This document shows positions 25,581 to 35,921 of a stretch of DNA of 64,000 nt, piece after piece. This stretch comes from Acidobacteriota bacterium. Lineage in GTDB: Bacteria > Acidobacteriota > Terriglobia > Terriglobales > Acidobacteriaceae. Numbering within the stretch: the stretch's first letter is position 1; every line of letters begins with the position of its first letter. The DNA lies in contig JAJZVX010000018.1 in NCBI GenBank assembly GCA_021846985.1, forward strand, positions 297-64,296, given 5' to 3'. The notes beneath the pieces are model-generated. The model did no database searches and was not told the origin of the DNA. It saw only the letters and a program-made list of their open reading frames with translations. A program made the translations under genes and the position numbers.

Positions 25581-26675
25581 GTGAGGACCAGAGCGTTGAA
25601 GCGCATTTTCGGCTGTCTTATTCTGATGGGTCTAGCGACCACTGGCTGTGAAAAGAAGGCGGCCGGTCCGGCTCGGCCCGGCATGCAAGCCATGCCTGTG
25701 CAAACTGTCACGGTGACCATGGTGCCGGTGGCGCAAAGTAATGAATACGTAGCGACCATCAAGTCGCGGCGCTCGGCCACCATCCAGCCGCAGGTAAGCG
25801 GCATTTTGACGCAAATCGACGTTCGTTCCGGGGACCACGTCAGGGCCGGGCAGGTGCTGATGCAGATTGATCCGCGCCAACAGAGGGCCACGGTGGAATC
25901 ACAGCGGGCGACGGAGCGGCAGAAGAAGGCGCTGTTTGACTACAACAGCGTGGAGATCGTGCGGCAGAAGAAGCTTTTCGACGCCGGGGTCACGAGCCGG
26001 GACGCCTACGACCAGGTGGAGCAATCCTTCAAGAATTCCAAGGCAGACTATGAGTCGGCTGTGGCGTCGCGCCAGACCCAGGAGCGGCAGCTAGAATATT
26101 TCACCATCCGCGCGCCGTATAGCGGTGTGGTGGGCGACATTCCGGTCCACGTGGGCGACTACGTTTCACCCTCGACGGTGCTGACCACGGTGGATGAAAA
26201 CAGGGATCTGGAAGCATATATTTACATTCCTACGGAGCGCGCCGCCCAGGTGCATACAGGGCAGGAAGTGGACCTGACGGACAACAACGGCAAGCTGCTG
26301 GAAAAGACCAGGATCTATTTTGTCTCTCCGCAGGTGGACAGCACGCTGCAGGGGATTCTGGTGAAGGCGCCCGTGCACAGCACGACGCAGATGCTGCGCA
26401 CGGCGCAGATTGTCAAGGCCAAAGTGATCTGGAGCACGCCGCCCATGGCGGTGGTTCCGGTTCTAGCGGTCATCCGCCTCAACGGCCAGTCTTTCGTCTA
26501 TGTAGCTCAGCAGCAGGATGGGCATTCTTTTGCGCGTCAAGTTTCCGTCACGCTGGGCGATACGGTGGGCAATCAGTACTCCGTTTCGGAGGGGTTGAAA
26601 GCGGGCGACCGCGTGATCGTATCGAGCACGCAGTTTCTGGTGAACAACATGCCGGTCATTCCGATGGGCGGGTAA
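25581..26675 (+). CDS. RND efflux periplasmic adaptor (membrane fusion lipoprotein)
   Basis: Lipobox-like ATTGC; IQPQVSG and IRAPYSGVVG; GTG start. Confidence 0.93.
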   Translation: MRTRALKRIFGCLILMGLATTGCEKKAAGPARPGMQAMPVQTVTVTMVPVAQSNEYVATIKSRRSATIQPQVSGILTQIDVRSGDHVRAGQVLMQIDPRQQRATVESQRATERQKKALFDYNSVEIVRQKKLFDAGVTSRDAYDQVEQSFKNSKADYESAVASRQTQERQLEYFTIRAPYSGVVGDIPVHVGDYVSPSTVLTTVDENRDLEAYIYIPTERAAQVHTGQEVDLTDNNGKLLEKTRIYFVSPQVDSTLQGILVKAPVHSTTQMLRTAQIVKAKVIWSTPPMAVVPVLAVIRLNGQSFVYVAQQQDGHSFARQVSVTLGDTVGNQYSVSEGLKAGDRVIVSSTQFLVNNMPVIPMGG

Positions 26676-26771
26676 GACCAAGCCGCCCCGAGATAGCCTT
26701 GGGCGGGCCGCGCGAGGCCGCCCGTGGGTTGGTTAGCGCTGGCCTCTTGCAGGAAAAAAGGAAGGGTACCC

Positions 26772-29700
26772 TTGTTTGTTGATTTTTTCATTCACCGGCC
26801 CGTTTTTGCGACGGTTTGCGCGCTGCTGATTATTCTGTCCGGAGCGGTGTGCATACCCAATCTGCCGGTCGCCATGTATCCGACGCTGGCCCCGCCGCAG
26901 GTGATGGTGTCTTGCAACTATGTCGGCGCCAATGCCGACACCGTAGAGAAAGCCGTCACTATCCCGCTGGAAGAGTCCATCAACGGCGTGGAAGGCATGC
27001 GTTACATTGAGTCGTCGAGCACCAACAACGGCGCGAGCAGCATCACGGTTACCTTCCAGACCGGCTACAGCCTTGATATCGCGGCAGTCGATGTGCAGAA
27101 TCGCGTGTCCAGCGTACAAGGCAGATTGCCCGCGGCGGTGAATGCCACGGGCATCAGCATTACCAAGTCCAACTCCAACTTTGTCTTTGGCGCCGGCTTT
27201 TTTACGCGCGACGGCCGCTACTCTCCGGAGTTCATCTCCAACTATCTGGATGTTTACGTCAAGGACGCGCTCAAGCGCGTGCCCGGCGTGGGCGACGTGA
27301 TGATCTTCGGCGAACGCAAATATGCCATGCGGGTGTGGCTCGATCCGGTGCGCCTGGCGGCGCACGGGCTGACGGCTACCGATGTGGTGAACGCGCTCGA
27401 AGAGCAGAACGTGGAGATTCCCGCCGGCCAGTTGGGGCAGCCTCCGGCCGATCCCAACCAGGCTTTTCAGATTCCCGTGCGCGTGATCGGCCGCCTGTCG
27501 AGCGCGGCCGAATTCGACAAGATCATCGTCAAGAATTCTCCCGACGGCCTGGTGATCTTGAAGGATGTGGGCCACTCCGAGGTCGGCGCGGAAGATTACA
27601 GCTCATCTCTGAAGTACCAGGGCCACGACGCCAACGGCATCGGCGTGGAGCAGCTTTCGAACGCCAACGCGCTGGAAGTGGACAAAGCCGCCAAGGCGAT
27701 GCTGAAGGATCTCTCCAAGCACTTTCCTCCGGGCCTGGAATACGCCATTGCCTTTGACTCCACGACCGTGGTGGGCGATTCGATCAGGGAAGTGCTCTAC
27801 ACGCTGGCCACCGCCATTGTCATCGTCATTGCGGTGATCTTCCTTTTCCTTCTGGATTGGCGGGCCACGATCATTCCTGCGGCCACCATTCCAGTTTCGC
27901 TCATCGGCACCTTTGCCTTCATTAAGCTCTTTGGCTTTTCCATCAATTCGTTAACCCTGTTTGGCATCACGCTGGCGACAGGCCTGGTGGTGGACGACGC
28001 CATCGTGGTGATCGAAAACGTGCAGCGGCACATTGCCATGGAGCACTCGAAACCGCACGAAGCCACTTCGCGGGCCATGGGTGAGGTCACCAGCGCGGTG
28101 ATTGCCACTTCGCTGGTGCTCATTGCCGTCTTTGTTCCGGTGAGCTTCTTCCCCGGCACCACGGGCATTCTTTACCGGCAGTTCTCGCTCACCATTGCCT
28201 TCTCCATCGCCATCTCGGCCTTCAATGCTCTCACGCTTTCGCCGGCGCTGTCGGCGCTTTTTTTGCGCGGCGAGGAATACCGGCCCCGGCAGTTGGACTT
28301 TCTGCATATCCGGCTCGTTTCGCGTATTTTTGCATGGTTCGTTCACGAGACCGACGCCTTCATCACCTGGATGGCCAGCACCTATGCCAAATCCATTCAT
28401 ATTGCTCTGAAGATCCGGTATCTGCTGCTGCTGCTGTTCTTCGGCGGCCTGGCAGCGACGGCGTGGATATATCAGCATGTACCCACGGGCTTCATCCCCC
28501 AGGAAGACCAGGGCTTCCTGATGGTGATTGTGCAGGCGCCGCCGGGATCGTCGCTGGCTTACACGACGCGCCTCGCCGACCGGGCGCAAGCCATCATCTA
28601 CTCGAACCCCGATATCCAGGGCGCGTTTTCTGTTATGGGCTTCAGCATGTCGGGCGGCGGCTCCAACTCGGGCATGATGTTCATCAATACCAAGCCCGCC
28701 GACCAGCGCCGCGGCAAGGGCCACTCCACAGCCGATATGGTGGCGGACCTCTCGCCCAAGCTGGCCAGCCTCATGTTCGCTCCCAATGGCGGCATGGTAG
28801 CCATCTTCCAGCCACCGGCCGTGCAGGGTGTTGGCAGTTATGGCGGTTTCCAGTTCATGCTCCAGGACCAGGGAAACAACACCCTGGCGGATCTGGACCG
28901 CGTGGCGCACCAAATCGTAAGCGCCAGTCGCCGCGTCAAGACGCTGACAGGCCTGTTGACTACCTTCTCGGCCAACGACCCGCAGGTGCTCGTGACCATT
29001 GACCGCGAAAAAGCCAAGGCGATGAACGTTCCGCTTTCTCAAATCACCACGACGCTCAGCGTCTTCATGGGTTCGGAGTACATTAACGACTTCGATTTCA
29101 ACAACCGCACCTATCGCGTTTTTGTCCAGGCCGATAAGCCCTTCCGCATGACCGAGGGCGACCTGCATAACTTCTATGTGCGCTCCGATTCTGGCCAGAT
29201 GATTCCTTTGGACAATCTCGTAACGGTAACGGACAGTTCGGGCCCGCCGGTGATCACCCACTACAACCTCTTCCGCGCCGTGGAGATCGACGGCTCGCCG
29301 GCGCCAGGCTACAGCTCCGGACAGGCCTTGCAGGCCATGGAGCAGCTGACGGATCAGAACAAGATGCCCGGCATGGGCTACCAGTGGACAGGCCTGACGC
29401 TGGATGAGATCGAATCCAGCGGCCGGGCGCTGATCATCTTCGGCCTCGGCATTCTGGTTGTGTATCTGACCCTGTCGGCGCAGTACGAGAGCTTTGCCCT
29501 GCCCTTCATCATCCTGCTGGCCGTGCCCATGGCCGTACTCGGCGCCCTCGGCCTGGTTTCGTTGCGCGGGCTTTCCAACGATGTCTACTGCCAGATCGGC
29601 CTGGTTATGCTGATCGGCCTCTCGGCGAAGAACTCGATTCTGATCGTCGAGTTTGCCGAGCAGCTCAGGCGCAAGGGGCGCTCCATCGCCGAGGCGGCTA

Positions 29701-29948
29701 TCGAGGCTGCCGAGCTTCGGCTCAGGCCCATTCTGATGACCTCGTTCGCGTTCATCCTGGGCGTGCTGCCCCTGGTCTTCGCCACTGGCGCCGGCGCACT
29801 GGGACGTCGTTCGGTCGGCACCACCATCGTGGGCGGCATGTTGCTTTCCACGGTACTCAATCTGTTCTTTATTCCTGTGCTCTACGTGATTCTGAGCAGA
29901 ATGCTCGGCCGCGGAGCAGCCGTCCAGGCCGGAACAGCCGAGGCGTAA
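26772..29948 (+). CDS. RND efflux permease, HAE1 (AcrB/MexB-like)
   Basis: TTG start, FVDFFIHRPVFA; GLVVDDAIVVIEN, SAKNSILIVEF and RLRPILMTS. Confidence 0.96.
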   Translation: MFVDFFIHRPVFATVCALLIILSGAVCIPNLPVAMYPTLAPPQVMVSCNYVGANADTVEKAVTIPLEESINGVEGMRYIESSSTNNGASSITVTFQTGYSLDIAAVDVQNRVSSVQGRLPAAVNATGISITKSNSNFVFGAGFFTRDGRYSPEFISNYLDVYVKDALKRVPGVGDVMIFGERKYAMRVWLDPVRLAAHGLTATDVVNALEEQNVEIPAGQLGQPPADPNQAFQIPVRVIGRLSSAAEFDKIIVKNSPDGLVILKDVGHSEVGAEDYSSSLKYQGHDANGIGVEQLSNANALEVDKAAKAMLKDLSKHFPPGLEYAIAFDSTTVVGDSIREVLYTLATAIVIVIAVIFLFLLDWRATIIPAATIPVSLIGTFAFIKLFGFSINSLTLFGITLATGLVVDDAIVVIENVQRHIAMEHSKPHEATSRAMGEVTSAVIATSLVLIAVFVPVSFFPGTTGILYRQFSLTIAFSIAISAFNALTLSPALSALFLRGEEYRPRQLDFLHIRLVSRIFAWFVHETDAFITWMASTYAKSIHIALKIRYLLLLLFFGGLAATAWIYQHVPTGFIPQEDQGFLMVIVQAPPGSSLAYTTRLADRAQAIIYSNPDIQGAFSVMGFSMSGGGSNSGMMFINTKPADQRRGKGHSTADMVADLSPKLASLMFAPNGGMVAIFQPPAVQGVGSYGGFQFMLQDQGNNTLADLDRVAHQIVSASRRVKTLTGLLTTFSANDPQVLVTIDREKAKAMNVPLSQITTTLSVFMGSEYINDFDFNNRTYRVFVQADKPFRMTEGDLHNFYVRSDSGQMIPLDNLVTVTDSSGPPVITHYNLFRAVEIDGSPAPGYSSGQALQAMEQLTDQNKMPGMGYQWTGLTLDEIESSGRALIIFGLGILVVYLTLSAQYESFALPFIILLAVPMAVLGALGLVSLRGLSNDVYCQIGLVMLIGLSAKNSILIVEFAEQLRRKGRSIAEAAIEAAELRLRPILMTSFAFILGVLPLVFATGAGALGRRSVGTTIVGGMLLSTVLNLFFIPVLYVILSRMLGRGAAVQAGTAEA

Positions 29949-30098
29949 GCGCGGCTTGCATGACAGAAGGCCCGTCTCTGCGCGGTGCGGTTCTCGCGGC
30001 GCAAAGGCGGGCCTTCCTGTTTCAGTGGGGGTGCGCGCGCGAAAAGATCTGGCCGGCGAGGAAGGATTCCGGAGGCGCAAGCCGCGCTCTGGCGTGGG

Positions 30099-30422
30099 CT
30101 ATGGATTGCGGTGGGCAATCACATAGTCTTTGATCCGTTCGTAAACCACCAGCGTCACCACGCCTCGATCCAGGAGGTCCGTCTTGGCCCGATACGGCCT
30201 GAAGCGCACGATACGTCCTGCCCAGGATGGGGTCATGCCGGGAACCTTGAGCAATTGGCTCATGCTGGCATGATTGATATCAATGCGCGCTTCCGGCGGC
30301 GGGGCGGCTGCCGACGTACGTGGAGCGCCGTAGCTATCGCGGTCATGGTAAGACCCGGACTGGGCCGCGGCAAGAGCCAGCGTAACCAGCGCCAGCAGCG
30401 CGATGGGCAAACCTCTTCGCAC
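30099..30422 (-). CDS. ComEA-like helix-hairpin-helix protein with signal peptide
   Basis: RIDINHAS..QLLKVPGM...AGRIV..RPY..KTDLL.RGV; GTG start at 30422 inferred. Confidence 0.85.
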   Translation of the reverse strand: MRRGLPIALLALVTLALAAAQSGSYHDRDSYGAPRTSAAAPPPEARIDINHASMSQLLKVPGMTPSWAGRIVRFRPYRAKTDLLDRGVVTLVVYERIKDYVIAHRNP

Positions 30423-30660
30423 GGCTCCATTCTCATCCGTGCGCAGACTGCCGGCAAGCGGATTCTGTCCGGCGCAGTTCGATTTCGAGGAGCAGATTGC
30501 CGCAGGGGTTCGAGCTTCCCAGCGGGGGGGCGCACTGCATGCGGAACACTCCTGTCTTCGCTCCGTGACATCGCCGTCCGCGGACGGTAAGATAAGTAGT
30601 TTTCCCGGAGCCGCCATACCCATGCTCCTTCATCCCATCGCCCATGAAAGGCATCCCGCG

Positions 30661-32520
30661 ATGAAGCATCGTTCCGCTTCCCTGTCCTTGAGCGCTCCCG
30701 TCTTTCTAGCCGCTATCCTGGTTGCGGCGTCGCTGGCATGCGGCAACTTGTCCGCGGCCGCAGAACCACCCGCGCCCATCGTCCTTACCGGCGCCGACCG
30801 GCGTTCCGCCATCTCACTCGATGGCCCATGGGGAGCAATCGTCGATCCCTACTTCTCCGGTCTGTTCAGCTTTCATCACGAAGAGAAGAAAGACGGCTGG
30901 TTCCTCAATCGCAAGGCAAAGCCCGGCGATCCTTTCCCCACGGAATATAACTTCGCCACGGCGGCAAAACTGAAAGTGCCCGCCGACTGGAACTCGCAGC
31001 GCGCTTCGCTCCTCTATTACGAAGGGCCTGTCTGGTACGAGCGCGACTTCACTTATGCGCCCAGACCCCACACGCGGGTCTTTTTGCACGTGGGCGCGGC
31101 CAATTACCGGTCGTGGTTCTGGGTCAACGGCAAAAAAGTCTGCGAGCACGAGGGCGGCTTCACCAGCTTCAACTGCGAGATCACCGATGCCGTCCACAAA
31201 GGCGGTAACTTTGTGGTGGCGGCCGTGGATAGCACGCGCCTGGAAGACGGCGTGCCAGGGCTGGAAACCGATTGGTGGAACTACGGCGGCCTGCACCGCT
31301 CTGTCTCGCTGATCGAGGTGCCCGAGGCCTTTATCGATCAGTACGATCTTCACCTCCGCCGTGGCGACGGCTCGGTTATCGAAGGCTGGGTCCACGTCCT
31401 CGGCGGGCAGCCTGGCGCCAGCGTCACGGTCGCGATTCCCGCGTTACATGCAAAAGCCTTCGCCACGCTGGGGGACGATGAACGCGCCGCGATCCACATG
31501 CCCGTCACGAATCTCGAACGCTGGTCGCCTCAGACGCCCAAGCTCTACAACGTCCTCATCCATGCGGGCCAGGATAACATCGACGATCTCATTGGATTCC
31601 GCACCATCGAAACCCGCGGCACCGAGATTCTGCTCAACGGCAAGCCAATCTTCCTGCGCGGCATCGATATTCAGGGCGAGGCGCCGTATCGCCTGGGCCG
31701 CGCCAACACTGCCAAAGACGCTGATATTCTCCTTGGCTGGGCCAAAGAACTGGGCTGCAACTTCGTCCGCCTCGCGCACTATCCACACGATGAGACCATG
31801 CTGCGCGCCGCCGATCGCATGGGCCTGCTCGTCTGGTCGGAGAATCCCGTGTACTGGGCGCTTGATTTCGATAACCCCAAAGTGCTGGCCAAAGCCGAGC
31901 GGCAGTTGGACGAAGAAATCGGCACATCGCGCAATCATCCCGCGATCATTCTCTGGTCCATGGCCAATGAAACTCCGGCCACGCCGGCGCGGACGCAATT
32001 CATCGAGACGCTGGCAGCGCGGGCGCGCCAGCTCGATCCCACGCGCCTGATTACGGCCGCGTTGCTGGTGCGCGACGAAGGCAATACCAGGATTATCGAT
32101 GACCCGCTGGGCAAGATACTCGATGTCATCGGCTTCAACGAATACATCGGCTGGTATGAAGGCACGCCGGCCAGCGCCGACACCACGCAATGGCGCGTCG
32201 CGTATCAAAAGCCGCTGATCGTGAGCGAATTCGGCGGCGCGGCCAAGGCCGGCCTGCACGGCACGCCGGAAACGCGCTGGACCGAGGAGTACCAGGCAGC
32301 TATCTATCGCCACCAACTGCCCATGCTCGACAGGATGACTCAACTTAGAGGTATGAGCCCCTGGATATTAATGGACTTCCGCTCGCCCAATCGCCCCCTC
32401 GCCGACATCCAGGACGAATTTAATCGCAAGGGACTTATCTCGGACCAGGGGCAGAAGAAACTGGCCTTCATGGTACTACAGAAGGCCTATAGGAATAAAA
32501 CCGTTGGCAAGCCCAACTGA
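30661..32520 (+). CDS. GH2 beta-glucuronidase-like glycoside hydrolase, secreted
   Basis: WNYGGLHRSV, FVRLAHYPH, WSMANE, VSEFG and NRKG motifs. Confidence 0.9.
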   Translation: MKHRSASLSLSAPVFLAAILVAASLACGNLSAAAEPPAPIVLTGADRRSAISLDGPWGAIVDPYFSGLFSFHHEEKKDGWFLNRKAKPGDPFPTEYNFATAAKLKVPADWNSQRASLLYYEGPVWYERDFTYAPRPHTRVFLHVGAANYRSWFWVNGKKVCEHEGGFTSFNCEITDAVHKGGNFVVAAVDSTRLEDGVPGLETDWWNYGGLHRSVSLIEVPEAFIDQYDLHLRRGDGSVIEGWVHVLGGQPGASVTVAIPALHAKAFATLGDDERAAIHMPVTNLERWSPQTPKLYNVLIHAGQDNIDDLIGFRTIETRGTEILLNGKPIFLRGIDIQGEAPYRLGRANTAKDADILLGWAKELGCNFVRLAHYPHDETMLRAADRMGLLVWSENPVYWALDFDNPKVLAKAERQLDEEIGTSRNHPAIILWSMANETPATPARTQFIETLAARARQLDPTRLITAALLVRDEGNTRIIDDPLGKILDVIGFNEYIGWYEGTPASADTTQWRVAYQKPLIVSEFGGAAKAGLHGTPETRWTEEYQAAIYRHQLPMLDRMTQLRGMSPWILMDFRSPNRPLADIQDEFNRKGLISDQGQKKLAFMVLQKAYRNKTVGKPN

Positions 32521-32604
32521 GTGGAGCGGAGATCGATACAACGGCGTCAGACGCACAAGCCGCGGCCACTGTGCAAAACCGGATTTATGAATTATCCTCA
32601 ACTT

Positions 32605-32838
32605 ATGGCAAATGATTCGATCCTCGCTCTTATTGACGCCGAGATAGCACGGCTTACGCAGGTTCGTGCACTGCTCTCCGGCATCGGCAAAACCACCACC
32701 AGGCTAACTGGCCGGGCAACCAAGGCTATTTCCGCAAAGAAGGTCAAGAAGCAGCGCGTGCTGAGCCCCGAGGCCCGCAAGCGTATCGCGGATGCGCAGC
32801 GGCGCCGCTGGGCGGCGCAAAAGGCCAAGAGCAAGTAG
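32605..32838 (+). CDS. Small basic protein (77 aa), candidate nucleoid-associated/DNA-binding protein
   Basis: ILALIDAEIARLTQVRALL coiled coil plus KR-rich tail LSPEARKRIADAQRRRW; TATCCT seven nt before the ATG. Confidence 0.8.
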   Translation: MANDSILALIDAEIARLTQVRALLSGIGKTTTRLTGRATKAISAKKVKKQRVLSPEARKRIADAQRRRWAAQKAKSK

Positions 32839-32944
32839 GGAGCGCGCTCCGCGCTCCCATTCTCTACCTTTCCTATCTTCATCTCGGCAGCAAGCCGCTG
32901 ACCGCGCCTCCATGGGTGCGGCCAGTCTTGGCGATAACTTCCCG

Positions 32945-35851
32945 TCACTTCGCCAAGGCAGCCTGTTGGGTTGGAGCATTCCATGCGCTCAGCGTGAGTG
33001 TGGCTCTGGAGCGTGTTCCCGGATCGCGCCACAGGGCGTGAATCTCAATGGTTCGCTCTTCCTCCGGCCCCAGCCAGAACCCATCGTCCGTCGCGTAGAA
33101 GGTACGCTTCGTCCCGTCGATATTGAGTTGGACATAGAACGCCGGGACCTTTCCCGCGTTGCGCACGCGCGCCTCGATCACGCTCTGATCCTCTCCGTCA
33201 GGCCGCACGGAAACCACGCGCAGATCCAGCCTGGTTTGTTTCGCGGCTACCTCTCGCCGCAGCCACGGCCCATGCTCAAAGGTCAGCGAGGGCTGCGGCG
33301 AACCGCGGTATTTCGCGCGGAAGGCTGGATCGGCCATGCTTTTCAGGCAGCGCGGCCAGTAGACCGAGCGCGAGATCAGTTTGCCGTCCGCGCCGTGCAG
33401 TTCGGCCACAAGCAGGAAGAAATGATCCTCCAGGCGGGCGGGAATGGTAAACGATCCCATCTCCGCGCTGCCGATCGATAAGCCGGCTTGAATGTCCAGT
33501 TTTTTCTCTTCGCGCAGCAGAGAATGGAAGGCCGTATCGAAGACCTGGACAGACGCCGTGACTCCGGGCAGCGCTGCGTTGCGGCTGTTCAGCACGCTGA
33601 TCGTGAGCGGCACTTTTTCTCCCATGCCCCAGACCAACTCCGGGAGGTCCGCCATCACGTGAACCGGCTCGTAGGTGCGCTTCAGAAAATAATAGGAGGC
33701 CACCGGCTGCCCATCGTAGTCCACAAACATGCAGAAGGTGGAGAGCGGCCACGGCGTGTTATAGACCCACGGCGATACTCCGGTGCTCACGGGATAATTG
33801 GACTGCACAAAATCAGAGACAATCTGGATAAACTCGCCCGTCGCCACCTGGCCCGCTTCGGAATACGCTTCCAGGGTTGGCGCCCGCATGTCGTCGATCT
33901 GCGAGGCGCGCGCCAGCAGCAATACGGTGCGGTCCGAGCCAAACTCCATGTCGTGGTAGACAAACTCCGGGTGCGAATCCATAAACTCCTGGCTGTCGAT
34001 CTTCACCAGCGGACCCGCCAGTTCATTTGCGTCAACAAACTCGCGAATAGCGCGGGCCTCGGGGACGGAGTGCGGACCGAACTCGCTGAGATACGGCACC
34101 AGCGGATAAAGATGCCGAAACCAGGTTGGGTCAATGTTGGGATAAGTATGAATATCTCCCTTGTCCGGCGTGGTGCGCACAAAGGGCCGCGTGCCGTCGA
34201 AATCTTCAAACGACCGCTGCATGATGGCTTCGGCCGCCACGTTGCCTGGCGTATAGGGGTCGAACTCATTTCCGCCGCTATAAATGGCCAGCGAAGGATG
34301 GTTGCGGATGCGGAAGAGATTCTGCATGACCTGCGCCTGCCACAGATCCTGCGGCCATGAATCCGTCTCGCGGTTGCCGATGGGAAAATCCTGCCACACC
34401 AGGATGCCGAGCTGATCGCAGAGCTGGTAGAAATCGTCGGTCTCCACAATCCCCGCTCCCCAGGTGCGCATCAACTGGATGCCCGCTGCCTGGGCGGCTT
34501 TCAGCGTCCACTCATACCGGCGGCGCGGAAGATCGAGGAAGATATCATTCGTCCACCAGTCCATTCCTTTCACAAAAAACTTGCGGCCATTGATCACGAA
34601 CTGCCAGTTATCCCAGCGATCCTGGGTCTTGGGTCCGGCGGAAGGAACGCGGGCCAGGGAGCGGATGCCAAAGTCGAACGCCACGGCATCCGTCGGCTTG
34701 CCTTGTTCGAGCAGGCGGAACGAGGCGCGATAGAGATAGGGGTCGCCGAGGCCGTTCGGCCACCAGAGCTTCGGCGATGGCACGTCCACCTCCTGCCGCA
34801 CCCAGTTGCGCCCTTCATACAGGTGCAGCGGAAATTCCCGCGTAAAGACCGCGCGCCCCGAGGCTTTGTCGAGCAACTGGAATTGCAGCACCGGCTGTGT
34901 GGTCAGCAGCTTGCTCGTCAACGGATCGCGGTAGCTGCCGAACTCCTTGTTCAGGTCGGCGTCGAAGCCGGTCGTGTCGGCCTGGATCTCCACGTCCACA
35001 AGCAGACGCGCCGAAGCGCTGCTGGCCGCCAGCGTGGCCACAAACGGCCGCGCCAAGTGCGTCCGCGGCACAATCTCCAGCCGCACCGGCCGCCAGATGC
35101 CCACTGGAAAGTAGTCCTGATCGCCCACGGCGTTTTCCGGCTTGGGCTTGATCCTGGAGCCCCAGCCCCCGCCGGTAATCAGACCCAGCCCGCCGTTCAG
35201 GCCCCACGGCACCACCACTTTGTCGCCCGGCGCCGCAGGAGCCATCTCGTGGTCGAAGGCGGCAAACGGGTCGGCCATACCGTAATCGGCCGAGCGCACT
35301 TCCACCACCAGGTCGTTGGGAGTGTTGCTCCGCAGCATGGAGCCGACCTCGATCATCGGCCCGCCGTGCATCCCTTCGTGGCGGCCCAGTTCATGGCCAT
35401 TCAGCCAGATGCGGGCGGAGTAGTCGATGCCGTCGAAGCAGAGAAAGACATACTGGCCGGCGATGGAGGCCGGAACCGTGAAACTCTTGCGGTAATACCA
35501 TATTTTGCCCAGCACCCAATCGTATTTTTTTGCATTCATGTGCGTGTACGGATTGGGCAGCACGCCGGCGCGGAAAAGCGAAACCTGCACCGAGCCAGGC
35601 ACCACAGCGGGAATCCATTTTGAGGACTCCTGCAAATCCGTAACGCCGCCGATCGCCTTGTCGCGCCAAGCCAGTTGCCAGCCGCTGTCCAGATCCATGT
35701 GCTGCTGCCCGCCGCGCGGCTGGATATAGAACGGATGGCTCAGGTTACGTTCTGCATCGGCGGCTTCGCCCATGCACGTCACGGCCGTCAGCACGGCCAG
35801 CAGACACACACCCAAGCACAGCCAGCGAAACCAGCGAATTCCTGCCGACAT
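32945..35851 (-). CDS. GH2 beta-mannosidase-like glycoside hydrolase, secreted
   Basis: FDGIDY, GIWRPV, RTWGAG, VWQDF, RNHPSL..YSGGNE and SEFG. Confidence 0.88.
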   Translation of the reverse strand: MSAGIRWFRWLCLGVCLLAVLTAVTCMGEAADAERNLSHPFYIQPRGGQQHMDLDSGWQLAWRDKAIGGVTDLQESSKWIPAVVPGSVQVSLFRAGVLPNPYTHMNAKKYDWVLGKIWYYRKSFTVPASIAGQYVFLCFDGIDYSARIWLNGHELGRHEGMHGGPMIEVGSMLRSNTPNDLVVEVRSADYGMADPFAAFDHEMAPAAPGDKVVVPWGLNGGLGLITGGGWGSRIKPKPENAVGDQDYFPVGIWRPVRLEIVPRTHLARPFVATLAASSASARLLVDVEIQADTTGFDADLNKEFGSYRDPLTSKLLTTQPVLQFQLLDKASGRAVFTREFPLHLYEGRNWVRQEVDVPSPKLWWPNGLGDPYLYRASFRLLEQGKPTDAVAFDFGIRSLARVPSAGPKTQDRWDNWQFVINGRKFFVKGMDWWTNDIFLDLPRRRYEWTLKAAQAAGIQLMRTWGAGIVETDDFYQLCDQLGILVWQDFPIGNRETDSWPQDLWQAQVMQNLFRIRNHPSLAIYSGGNEFDPYTPGNVAAEAIMQRSFEDFDGTRPFVRTTPDKGDIHTYPNIDPTWFRHLYPLVPYLSEFGPHSVPEARAIREFVDANELAGPLVKIDSQEFMDSHPEFVYHDMEFGSDRTVLLLARASQIDDMRAPTLEAYSEAGQVATGEFIQIVSDFVQSNYPVSTGVSPWVYNTPWPLSTFCMFVDYDGQPVASYYFLKRTYEPVHVMADLPELVWGMGEKVPLTISVLNSRNAALPGVTASVQVFDTAFHSLLREEKKLDIQAGLSIGSAEMGSFTIPARLEDHFFLLVAELHGADGKLISRSVYWPRCLKSMADPAFRAKYRGSPQPSLTFEHGPWLRREVAAKQTRLDLRVVSVRPDGEDQSVIEARVRNAGKVPAFYVQLNIDGTKRTFYATDDGFWLGPEEERTIEIHALWRDPGTRSRATLTLSAWNAPTQQAALAK

Positions 35852-35921
35852 GGCTATCCTCCAGAATCTGTTCTGAGATCGATCGAGGAAAAATTATAAC
35901 TGGGCGTGAGCTGTGCAGTCT

